This document shows positions 18,725 through 28,600 of a stretch of DNA of 35,323 nucleotides, in pieces. A program made the position numbers and the translations under genes. The stretch's first letter is position 1. Each line of letters begins with the position of its first letter. Source of the stretch: Phycisphaerales bacterium (GTDB taxonomy: Bacteria; Planctomycetota; Phycisphaerae; WQYP01). The notes under the pieces are model-generated. The model was not told the origin of the DNA, did not search any database, and saw only the letters and a program-made list of their open reading frames with translations. Location: assembly GCA_027451365.1 (NCBI GenBank), contig DAIDJN010000023.1, positions 1 to 35,323 of the forward strand, in the 5' to 3' direction.

Positions 18725-19136
18725 AAGACCGCGGCTATTTTCAAATACACCATCATCAGTCATGAATTATCCGCGTTACCGTGCTTGTGGATGGACAATT
18801 GGATCGGTTATGACCGAATCGGAAATCAAGTGATTCAATAATTTGAGTGAAGGCACCCCACAGTTCTGGAGCCGAGGCGGCAGAGAAGCAATTTTGGCTT
18901 CCGCGCGCTGCGACCCGGCCAAGACTGGCTGTTGGATAACTTCCTGCTTCATCGGAGACTTAAGAATTGCTGCATGATGTGTCACACACCTCATTCCACC
19001 GCAAAGTGCTGTAACATTTGCAAAAGCTTCCGCACAGGTCTATCGTGTATCGGGGCAGGTTACGTGAAAAGGCGGTGTGTGGCACCGGCGGCCGCCGGAC
19101 GCAGCCGCCAGACGCGACTTATGCGGGAATTTGTCC

Positions 19137-20588
19137 ATGAATACCCTGATGCTCTCGCGAATTCAGTTTGGCCTTACCATTTCTTTTCATTATTTGTTTC
19201 CGCCACTAAGCATTGGCATTGCGATGCTGATGGTGGTGATGGAGGGACTGTATCTTAAAACAGGAAACAAAATTTATGAACAGATGGCGCGTTTCTGGAC
19301 TCGGATATTCGCCCTTACATTCGGCATCGGGGTGGCCACCGGCATTGTCATGGAATTTGAATTTGGCACAAATTGGGCGAATTATTCGCGGTTTGTGGGT
19401 GATATTTTCGGCAGTCCGCTGGCTTCGGAGGGCATTTTTGCATTTTTTCTGGAATCCGGCTTTTTGGCCATTCTGCTTTTCGGATGGGACCGTGTTAAAC
19501 CAAAAATGCACTTTTTTTCCACGTTAATGGTCTCACTTGGCTCCATTTTCAGCGCGGTCTGGATCAATGTCGCCAATTCCTGGATGCAGACACCCGCGGG
19601 TTTCAAACTGCTGGTAAAGAACGATGGCGGCATTCACACCCTTGTATTCCCACCCGACGCCAATTTTGGAAGATTCCATCCGTTGCTGTCGCATGGCCAG
19701 GTGATTAAGGCACAAATCACCAGTTTCTGGCAGGTCGTGCTGAATCCATCCACATTGGACCGACTGCTGCATGTGATTTTGGGCGCGGAAATGGCCGGAG
19801 CATTTCTGGTCATCAGCATTTCCGCCTGGTATTTGCTCAAAAATCGGCATCTGGAACTGGCCCAACGGTCACTGAAAATCGGCTTGGTTGCCGCATGCAT
19901 CGGGTCGGTAGCGCAGCTTTTGAGCGGTGATTTAAATGCCCGTATGATCGCCAAATATCAGCCGGCAAAGCTGGCGGCATTTGAAGGCATTTACAAGGCG
20001 CACGCGCCCGCGGCGCTTAGCATCATGGGCTGGACCAACAGCAAAGCCCAGACGGTGGAAGGAATTAAACTTCATGACATGTTAAGTTGGCTGCTTTATT
20101 TTAATCCCAAACATGCCGTCGTCGGGCTGGATCAATTTAAACGGTCGGACTGGCCTCCGGTAAATCCCGTGTTTCAGTCGTATCATCTGATGGTCGGTAT
20201 CGGCATGGGACTGATACTTGTTTCCGTACTTGGAGTCTTCTTCTGGTGGCGCGGCAGTCTGAATCGGCAGCGGTGGCTGCTTTGGATTTTTGTCTTTTCC
20301 GTCGCCGGTCCGGAACTGGCCAACGAGTTCGGCTGGTTTTCCGCGGAAGTCGGCCGCCAACCCTGGATTGTGTACGGCATTCTGAAAACGTCGCAGGGTG
20401 TTTCGCCACATTTGCCCGCCGGACAAGTGCTTGCATCCATTATTATGTTTGGCGCGGTGTATCTGATGCTGGGGGCACTGTTTATTTATCTGTTGAACCG
20501 CAAGATTCAACATGGGCCGGACGACACCGAGGGAATTAAACTTCCCAAAGAATCCCCCTTGCCGACGCATGCCCGCATGGATGCGTAA
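19137..20588 (+). CDS. cydA: Cytochrome bd ubiquinol oxidase subunit I (short Q-loop type)
   Basis: SRIQF...FHYLF (heme His), [48 protein letters not shown]. Start reassigned to 19137. Confidence 0.97.
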   Translation: MNTLMLSRIQFGLTISFHYLFPPLSIGIAMLMVVMEGLYLKTGNKIYEQMARFWTRIFALTFGIGVATGIVMEFEFGTNWANYSRFVGDIFGSPLASEGIFAFFLESGFLAILLFGWDRVKPKMHFFSTLMVSLGSIFSAVWINVANSWMQTPAGFKLLVKNDGGIHTLVFPPDANFGRFHPLLSHGQVIKAQITSFWQVVLNPSTLDRLLHVILGAEMAGAFLVISISAWYLLKNRHLELAQRSLKIGLVAACIGSVAQLLSGDLNARMIAKYQPAKLAAFEGIYKAHAPAALSIMGWTNSKAQTVEGIKLHDMLSWLLYFNPKHAVVGLDQFKRSDWPPVNPVFQSYHLMVGIGMGLILVSVLGVFFWWRGSLNRQRWLLWIFVFSVAGPELANEFGWFSAEVGRQPWIVYGILKTSQGVSPHLPAGQVLASIIMFGAVYLMLGALFIYLLNRKIQHGPDDTEGIKLPKESPLPTHARMDA

Positions 20589-20665
20589 GCTGGCTCTGTT
20601 GCCGGAGTTCTAAAATGGATGCGGCATAGGATGACATGCCAAAGGTCAGACCGGAGATTAATTCC

Positions 20666-21682
20666 ATGGCACTGCAAATTGTGTGGTTTATCCTGATCGG
20701 TGTCTTGTTTGCCGGTTACGCCATTCTGGATGGTTTTGACCTGGGCGTCGGCATGCTGCATCTGTTTGTGCATGACGACCATGACCGGCGACTGCTGCTG
20801 AACAGCATCGGGCCGGTCTGGGATGGCAATGAAGTGTGGCTGGTAACAGGCGGCGGAGCGCTGTTTGCGGCCTTTTCCGCGGTCTATGCCACGCTTTTTT
20901 CCGGGCTTTATCTGGTGTTCATGCTGCTGTTACTGGGCCTTATTTTTCGGGGCATATCAATTGAATTTAGATCGAAGGAACCGATGGTCTGGTGGCGGAA
21001 AACGTGGGACATCGCATTTTTCGCCGGAAGTCTGGTAGTGTCGTTCCTTCTGGGCGCGTTTGTCGGAAATCTGGCCCGCGGACTGCCGCTGGGACCCGAC
21101 GGGTCATTCATCGGATCATTCTGGAGTCTGCTCAACCCTTATGCGATGCTGGTTGGAATTACGACCGTGTCGCTGTTTATGATGCATGGTTCCATTTATC
21201 TGGTCATGAAAACGGAAGGAGAATTTCACGACCGAATCCGCGGCTGGGTGAACAATTGCATCATTTTCTTCATTATTTGCGCAGTCACAACCACCATGGC
21301 AACACTGCTTTATTTTCCGCGGCTCACCATGCCCTTCCGTGAATATCCCATCCTGTTTCTTGTACCGCTTCTGCTAATGATTGCAATCGCCAATGTGCCG
21401 CGTGAAATTTCCCGGCGGAAAGATTTTTCGGCATTCATTTCCAGTTGCGCTGCAATGGTGATGCTTTTGGCGGTTCTTTCTATTGGCTTGTTTCCAAATC
21501 TGGTCTATGCGTCAAATGATCCTTCGCGAAGTCTTACGGTTTATAATGCATCCTCTTCCCACCATACATTGGTGATTATGCTCGTAATCGCCCTTATTGG
21601 AATGCCGGTGGTCGTGGCCTATACCGCCGCAATTTACTGGATATTCCGCGATAAAGTCCGGCTGGACAGCCATAGCTATTGA
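20666..21682 (+). CDS. cydB: Cytochrome bd ubiquinol oxidase subunit II
   Basis: LDGFDLGVG, IGPVWDGNEVWL, GGALFAAF, SLTVYNASSS. Start at 20666 with GGAG upstream. Confidence 0.97.
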   Translation: MALQIVWFILIGVLFAGYAILDGFDLGVGMLHLFVHDDHDRRLLLNSIGPVWDGNEVWLVTGGGALFAAFSAVYATLFSGLYLVFMLLLLGLIFRGISIEFRSKEPMVWWRKTWDIAFFAGSLVVSFLLGAFVGNLARGLPLGPDGSFIGSFWSLLNPYAMLVGITTVSLFMMHGSIYLVMKTEGEFHDRIRGWVNNCIIFFIICAVTTTMATLLYFPRLTMPFREYPILFLVPLLLMIAIANVPREISRRKDFSAFISSCAAMVMLLAVLSIGLFPNLVYASNDPSRSLTVYNASSSHHTLVIMLVIALIGMPVVVAYTAAIYWIFRDKVRLDSHSY

Positions 21683-21986
21683 TTCGTCACGCGAGCCGGC
21701 CACCGGCACCGGCGCATATGGCGATCGGCCGCGCCGCCCGACAGGCTGGATATTTGCGTCTCCTGCGGCGCGGACCGCCGCTGAAATAGACCATTTAGTA
21801 TTCGCAATGGCGAATAAACCAAACCATAGTCCGACGAACGCCTCAAGTTATAAGCCCTCATGTGCCGATAACCCTTACGTTCGGGATGCGCTAATATTAC
21901 CAGCTAAGGCTATTGGGCGTCGCTCTTATATTTTTGCTCAAGCGTCTATTTTACGGATAACTGTCACCTTTCACGGAGGAAACTTC

Positions 21987-24900
21987 ATGCATCAAAACAA
22001 TTTTGGAACTCGGCAATCGCGCTCTAACCAGTGGCGAAAAAACGCGATTCTTTGCGCTGGATTAGCGGGGATAGCTATTGCCAGCGGTTGGGGGTATGTG
22101 GCACCCGTTTGTGGTGGTCCGACAACGGATACCTTTACCCAAGATACCCTAAATAGTAACGGCACTGGCTCGAATTTTTGGTCAATTGGTGCAAATTGGA
22201 GTTTAACCACGCCCGCCGGGGCCTCAAGTGCTGCCGTCATTCCCGCAAGCGGCAGTTTGCTCTATAATGCAGACCTCAACGGAACTTCGCAGACGGTCAA
22301 TACGCTTTCCGTGGGTGCCGGTAGCAATATTTACAATTCCGGCACGGCCGCGGAAAGTCTCACCATCACACCATCTTCCGGCACTTACACCTCCACAATT
22401 GCTGGCAATATTGGAAGCACCAGCGGTACTCTGCTGGGCAGCAGCGGTGCCTCCGGCGGCGGCGGCGGATTGGTTACATTGATTATCACGGGTGGGACAA
22501 ACAGCATCACCGGCACGTTGTATGACAATTTGGCGCTAACCATTAATGGCGGTACCACCACTCTTTCCGGTGCCAACACCTATACCGGTGGTACCACGAT
22601 CAACGGCGGCACGCTGAGCATTAGCAGCGACTCCAATCTCGGCACCGGCGGCATCACCTTCGGCGGCGGCACGCTGCAAACCACTGCGGCCATCAGCGGC
22701 AGCCAGTCCGTTACGCTCAATACCAGCGGCGGCACAATTGATACCGATGGCCAAAGCGATACGCTTTCCGGCAATCTCACGGGTGCCGGTGGATTAACAG
22801 TTGAAAGCTCATTGGCCGGCGGCGTGCTTATTCTTTCCGGTGCTGATACGGCCAGTGGTTCGATCCTCATTAACAGCCCGGCCACGCTGGAGTTTTCAGG
22901 CAATACCACGGGTTTTACCGGCAATATTACGGATAATTCCGCACTGGTTTTTGCTCAAACCGCTGCCAGCAGCCTTTCTGGTGTTATTTCCGGTTCAGGC
23001 ACATTGACTCAAAATGGAACCGCGACGTTGACCCTTTTTGGTGCCAACAATTATAGCGGCACCACCACCATATCGAGCGGTACGCTGGAATTCGCGGGTT
23101 CCACTGCCGGCCTGACCGGCAATGTAACCGACGACTCGGCCCTGAGCTTTAACCAGACAGCCAGCAGCAGTCTGTCGGGTATCATTTCCGGTACCGGCAC
23201 GCTGACTGAAGCCGGTACAGCCGGAACGGTTCTGACGCTCTCCGGCGCTAACACCTATTCCGGCACAACCACCATCACCAGCGGCACGCTGGAGTTCACC
23301 GGTTCCACTGCAGGGCTAAGCGGCAATGTAACCGACGACTCGGCCCTGAGCTTTAACCAGACCGCCAACAGCAGTCTGTCCGGCATCATCTCCGGAACTG
23401 GTACGGTGGCCCAAAATGGAACCGCGGCGTTGACGCTTTCGGGCGCCAACACCTTCACCGGCGGGACCAGCATTAACAGCGGAACGCTTATTGCCGCCAA
23501 CAACGCGGCCTTGGGTACCGGGTCAGTGGCGCTTGTGGGTGGCACACTGGAAACACCACTGGTCGCCTCGGCAGGCGTTTTAGGTGGCAACGTGACACTC
23601 AATACCGGGGCCTATACGCAAAGCGCTGGTACAACATTGGGGCTGGCCCTTAGCGGCACACCCGCCAGCGGCAGTTTTGACAGCATTCATGTGACCGGAT
23701 CCGCCGCGCTGGCCGGTACATTGGATGCCCTTGTGCAGGCGGGTGCCAAGCCGGCCTTGGGCACGCAGAACAAATACAATATCATCACCACCACCACCGG
23801 GGTAAGTGGCAATTTCAGTTCCCTTGCACTGGCCACCGGTTCAGTTACCGGTGTGTCGCTTTCCGGTGCCATCAGCGGGAATGATTATGTCCTGACCCTT
23901 TCCACTGGCTTTAACCTTACTGGCACCGGGGCTAATCTGACCGCCAACCAGACCGCGGTGCTTAATTACCTTAACACAGTGGGCAACACCTTTACGCTTA
24001 GCGGCGGCACGCTTACGCTGCTTCAGAGTATTGCCGCACTTCCCGCGGGCCAACTGGGGGCCGCACTTAATCAAATTGCTCCCAACGCCTACATCAGCAT
24101 CCCCAATATGCTTATCAATGCCAGCATTTTTAATTCCCAGGCTTTGAACGGCCAGATTTCCGGCCAGTTTGAAGGTGGCGGGTTTAATGACTCCGGCCTG
24201 ACGCTGCTTAAAACCACCAATACCGATCCGTTCTCCCTGGCATTGGCTTCGGCATTGCAATCCAACAGCAAAGTCAATGCACAAACCTCGTCCACGCAAT
24301 ATCTGGATGATGTCATGCAGCCGACCCAGGGGGATGTGCCACTTCCGTCACGGGAAACCGCCCATGACAGCTTCGGCGGCTTTATAGCGGGCGAGGCCAT
24401 ACTGGGCAGTCAGCCCACCAGTACTTCGGGCCAGAACTACTTTACCGGTGGCATTGATTCGGGTGTGGATTACCGCTTTGCCAAATCATTGCTGGTGGGT
24501 ATCAGTTTCAATTACAGCTACACGAATGCCCACGTGGATGGCGTAGGCAGCGTGCTGACGGATAATTCCTATTCCCCCGGTGTTTTTGCCGGGTACCGCA
24601 AAGATAACTTTTATGCCGATGTCAGTGCGGATTATAACTACACCCAGTTCAGCATTCACCGGAACCTGAACATTGGTGGATCTGTCAGCACCGCCACTGG
24701 CAAGCCGGACACCAATCAGGCCGATGTGAACACACTCCTTGGCTATAATTTCCCGGTCTGTTCACACTTCAAGGCCGGCCCGGCGATTGGTTTGGACTAT
24801 ACCCACGTCAACGTTTCCAGTTATACGGAAACCGGCAGCCCCGGAGATTTGGCAGTATCCCGTTACAGCATAGATTCCCTGCGCAGCCTGCTGGGCGGCC

Positions 24901-25202
24901 AGGCGGAATACAAACTCGTGATTCCCAAAATGCCCATGCCGCTGACCATCAGCGCCAATGCCTTCTGGCAGCATGAATATCTGAACAACAGCCACGGCAT
25001 TACGGCGGCGCTGGCTGGCGCGGGCAGCGGCAGCTTTATCACCAATGTGTCCAATCCGGGCCGCGATTCAGCGCTTATTGGCGCGGGCGTCAGCGGCAAG
25101 GTATGCCGATATGCCACACTGTTTGCCAATTATGAAGCCCAGATCGGTCCTAAAGACCAGCACAGCCAGAGCGTGATGGTCGGTATGGCCGTCAGCTTTT
25201 AA
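21987..25202 (+). CDS. Type Va autotransporter with PATR beta-helix passenger (putative adhesin)
   Basis: Start at ATG 21987 (GGAGG upstream); long signal peptide; repeated LTLSGANTYxGxTTIxxGTL units; C-terminal beta-barrel with alternating aromatic residues ending in Phe (MAVSF). Confidence 0.92.
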   Translation: MHQNNFGTRQSRSNQWRKNAILCAGLAGIAIASGWGYVAPVCGGPTTDTFTQDTLNSNGTGSNFWSIGANWSLTTPAGASSAAVIPASGSLLYNADLNGTSQTVNTLSVGAGSNIYNSGTAAESLTITPSSGTYTSTIAGNIGSTSGTLLGSSGASGGGGGLVTLIITGGTNSITGTLYDNLALTINGGTTTLSGANTYTGGTTINGGTLSISSDSNLGTGGITFGGGTLQTTAAISGSQSVTLNTSGGTIDTDGQSDTLSGNLTGAGGLTVESSLAGGVLILSGADTASGSILINSPATLEFSGNTTGFTGNITDNSALVFAQTAASSLSGVISGSGTLTQNGTATLTLFGANNYSGTTTISSGTLEFAGSTAGLTGNVTDDSALSFNQTASSSLSGIISGTGTLTEAGTAGTVLTLSGANTYSGTTTITSGTLEFTGSTAGLSGNVTDDSALSFNQTANSSLSGIISGTGTVAQNGTAALTLSGANTFTGGTSINSGTLIAANNAALGTGSVALVGGTLETPLVASAGVLGGNVTLNTGAYTQSAGTTLGLALSGTPASGSFDSIHVTGSAALAGTLDALVQAGAKPALGTQNKYNIITTTTGVSGNFSSLALATGSVTGVSLSGAISGNDYVLTLSTGFNLTGTGANLTANQTAVLNYLNTVGNTFTLSGGTLTLLQSIAALPAGQLGAALNQIAPNAYISIPNMLINASIFNSQALNGQISGQFEGGGFNDSGLTLLKTTNTDPFSLALASALQSNSKVNAQTSSTQYLDDVMQPTQGDVPLPSRETAHDSFGGFIAGEAILGSQPTSTSGQNYFTGGIDSGVDYRFAKSLLVGISFNYSYTNAHVDGVGSVLTDNSYSPGVFAGYRKDNFYADVSADYNYTQFSIHRNLNIGGSVSTATGKPDTNQADVNTLLGYNFPVCSHFKAGPAIGLDYTHVNVSSYTETGSPGDLAVSRYSIDSLRSLLGGQAEYKLVIPKMPMPLTISANAFWQHEYLNNSHGITAALAGAGSGSFITNVSNPGRDSALIGAGVSGKVCRYATLFANYEAQIGPKDQHSQSVMVGMAVSF
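22884..23483 (+). repeat. Three intragenic tandem repeat units (198, 204 and 198 bp) in the autotransporter passenger
   Basis: TLEF-initiated units begin at 22884, 23082 and 23286. A 42-bp exact match lies at 23117-23158 and 23321-23362. Confidence 0.85.
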
Positions 25203-25261
25203 GGTCATTGGTACGACGGAGAATCGTTGATGCGGCCAGACCGGACACAGGCGGTTACCTA

Positions 25262-25564
25262 TTAGGGTTTGTTTGGCGAGGTCTGTGGAAAAGCGGGCCC
25301 CAATGCGCTGATTCGTGACTGAAATTCACGGTTTGATTTTTCCAGCTTCTGGATTTTCAGGAACAGCCATACCAGTGGAATAATCCATATAGCTCCACGT
25401 TTCGCCAGTTTTAGCAGTACCGCACCGGCCAGCATGACAATCATGAACCCCAGAAATGCGCCAAGCACCACGCCCCCCGTCCAGGCAATGCGGCGGCTCA
25501 GCCGGGTAAACTTCGGATGGCGCGGTGGCGTAAATGAGCGAACGGGAATCATGATAATTCTCAT
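25262..25564 (-). CDS. Small hypothetical membrane protein downstream of cgs
   Basis: About 100 aa with two hydrophobic stretches and a short coiled-coil-like tail (KIQKLEKSNREFQSRI). The start is uncertain (25591, 25564 or 25552). Confidence 0.5.
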   Translation of the reverse strand: MRIIMIPVRSFTPPRHPKFTRLSRRIAWTGGVVLGAFLGFMIVMLAGAVLLKLAKRGAIWIIPLVWLFLKIQKLEKSNREFQSRISALGPAFPQTSPNKP

Positions 25565-25622
25565 ATTATTCCGCGGCGACAGGGCAGTCAAATTTATCCA
25601 GAGAATTTATGCAAATGCGTTC

Positions 25623-28600
25623 CTAAGCCGCCGGACCGATTCGCAGTTCCATTTTGTGTTCGCGCTGGTCGTTGACCAGCCGGACAATGCCATCTGCCAC
25701 GATTTGGCCATCCAGCGTAACCTGCAGCACTTTGGCTCCGCCGCCGCTGAATGTAATATGATAAAATGTTTCAAAATAGCGGAAATGGATGCGAAACGTT
25801 TTCCAGGCGGACGGCAGAGATGGCGCAAACCAAAGCATGTCCGCATTGCGCTGCAGCCCTATAAATGTTTCGATAATTAACCGGTACATCCATCCGGCCG
25901 ATCCGGTATACCAGGTCCAGCCGCCGCGGCCCGCATAAGGCTCGGCGGCATACACGTCAGCCGCAACCACATAGGGTTCCACACGGTAAACGGCCATTTT
26001 GTCTGGAGTCGCACCGTGGCGCAGGGGATTGATCATGCAGAATAATTCCCAGGCACGGTCCGCCATGCCTGCTTTCGCAAAAGCCATGACCACCCAGATA
26101 GCCGCATGTGTGTATTGGCCACCGTTTTCCCGAACGCCGGGCACGTAGCCGGCAATGTAGCCCGGATCGTTTGCGGGATGATCAAATGGGGGATCGAACA
26201 GTTTGATAAGTTGATGATTCGAATCAATAAGGTACCGGTCTACGGCGGCAAGAGCCTGTTTCCAGCGGTCCGGCGAACCGGTGGAACTGATGACCGCCCA
26301 GCTTTGTGGAAGTGAATCAATCTTGCACTGAGCGTTGACGTGGGAACCCAGTGGTGAGCAATCATCAAAAAACGCACGCAAATACCATTGCCCATCCCAA
26401 CAGTTGCTTTCCAGTGCCTGCAGCAGGCGGGCGCGGATGGAATGGCATAAATCTTCGGTGGGCTGGTCTTTTCGGGCGGCGGCCAGGGGCGCGAATTGAT
26501 CCAGCACGTAACGTAGAAAAAATGCCAGCCAGACACTTTCACCCTTGCCGGCAAGCCCGATTCGGTTAAATCCGTCGTTCCAGTCTCCAGCGCCGATCAG
26601 CGGAATGCCGTGCTCGCCAAAAGTCAGCGCGCGACGAACAGCCCGCAGACAATGTTCGTAAAGCGAAGCGGTTTCGTCGGAATTCTGTGGCAAATCATAC
26701 CACGATTCCTCGCCCTGGTTCAGCGCTCTGCCCTGCAGAAAGCCGATACGTTCATCAAGCACGCCGGTGTCATTGGTCATTTGCACGTAATGTGCCACAG
26801 CCAGCGGAAGCCAAAGCAAATCGTCGGAAAAGCGCGTCCGAACTCCGCGACCGCGCGACGGATGCCACCAATGCTGCACGTCGCCATCCACAAATTGACG
26901 GCCCGCGGCCAGCAGAATCTGCCGTCGCAGGATCGCGGGCTGGCAAATGCCGGCGGCCATGGCATCCTGAAGTTGATCGCGGAAGCCGAAGGCTCCGCCG
27001 GACTGATAAAACCCGCTGCGTGCCCAGATGCGCGAGGCCAGCACCTGGTAAGGCAGCCAGCCATTGGCCAGCGCATTAAGCGATGGATCAGGAGTTTCAA
27101 GATAAATTGTACCAAGGGTCTGATTCCAGAATTTCCATACACCATCCAATGCCCGCTTGGCGCCGGCAAGGTTGCAGAATCGCCTGACCAGCGCGCGGGC
27201 CGCGTCCGGGCCGCCCGCCGCGCCCAGAATCAGAACGATTTCCTTTTGCGCGCCGGGCGGCAATTCAACCGTGCATTGAATCGCAGCGCATGGATCCATG
27301 CCCGCGCCCAGATTGCCCGACAGGCGTGAAGACTTCATTGCCGCCGGTGATTCCGCCGATCCGTTTCGGCCCAGAAATTCAGTGCGGTCACCCGTGATCG
27401 ACCGATTGGATTCACTGGCATCCATAAAGGCGACCATGGCACTCCAATCCCCATTCCAGGTATTGCGCGCGAAAATGGCACCGGTCTGTTCATCAAGTTC
27501 TGTTACCACGCGCATGGCGTTGACGCTGCGCTGCTCGCCAAGAACTAATTCACAGTAGCCAAATATTGATAAAACTCTCTTTCTGTCGGATTTATTGGTC
27601 AGCTTCAGAACACTGAATTTCACCGGCTGGTCGACCGCCACATACACCCAAAGCTCTGATTCAATCCGCTGTTGGGTCCGCTGGAACACGCTGTAGCCAA
27701 AACCGTGGCGGACGGTACAGGGCGTTTGTCCAGCAGGCAATATCGCAGGCGACCAGAAACCACCGCTCTGGTCGTCTCGAATATAGATTGCCTCGCCTGA
27801 CACATCGGACACCGGATCGTCATACCACGGGGTCAACCGAAATTCGTGCGCATTTGCGGCCCACGTATACATACCGCCGCTTTCGGTCACCACGGTGCCA
27901 AAATTTTCATTGGCGATCACATTGCACCAGGGCGCGGGTGTGGGCTGGTCGCACGAAATGGTCATCACATATTCGCGGGAGTCGGGTGTAAGGCCCCCAA
28001 TTCCGTTGTAGAACTGCAGATCCTTGCGGTCGGCAACTGGTTTGGGCGATTCTTCCGGCCAGGCGCGGGTGACCGGGACCAGCCGCTCGGCCGAATCTTC
28101 CGTCCGGCTGCCGGTTTCGCGGATATGGGCGGCCAGGTCATCGGTTGAATCCGTCAGCACCATGGAAGCGGCTGACAGCATAAGCAACCGGTCTTCCTCG
28201 GAAAGTTGATCAGGCCTGCGGATGAATATTCCACCCGGACGATCCAGAAGGCGAGCTTCCGGACCCGCTGCGATCAGTTCCAGCACCTGGTCCTGAACAG
28301 CCTGACGGTAGATGGAGGCATCTTCAATCCAAATCAGAAGATCCACCACCATGCCTTTAAGCCTCCAGTAGGCGTGGGCCTGCAGCAGCTTGCGAATAAG
28401 CGCCTGATGCGAGCCATCCATCACGCGCAGAAGCACAATAGGAAGATCGCCTGATATACCGAACCCCCAGAGGCCGGACTGGCCGCTCCGGTTACGCTTG
28501 ATCATATTTAAGGGGCCGCGGTAGAACGGCCCGGCATACACCAGCGGGCTACTGAGACGGCCGAAAATTTGCGCGTCGGCCTCTGTGGCGTTAATCTGCC

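Noticed and set aside
18970..19030. FNR, Rex or CRP box upstream of cydA
   Set aside because: Only half-site matches (TCACA); no full consensus.
21683..21790. cydX/cydS small subunit after cydB
   Set aside because: The only short ORF I found (MAIGRAARQAGYLRLLRRGPPLK) is basic and has no transmembrane helix.
23117..23362. Template/variable repeat pair of a diversity-generating retroelement
   Set aside because: Both copies are in-frame coding repeats, the differences are not adenine-specific, and there is no reverse transcriptase in the window.
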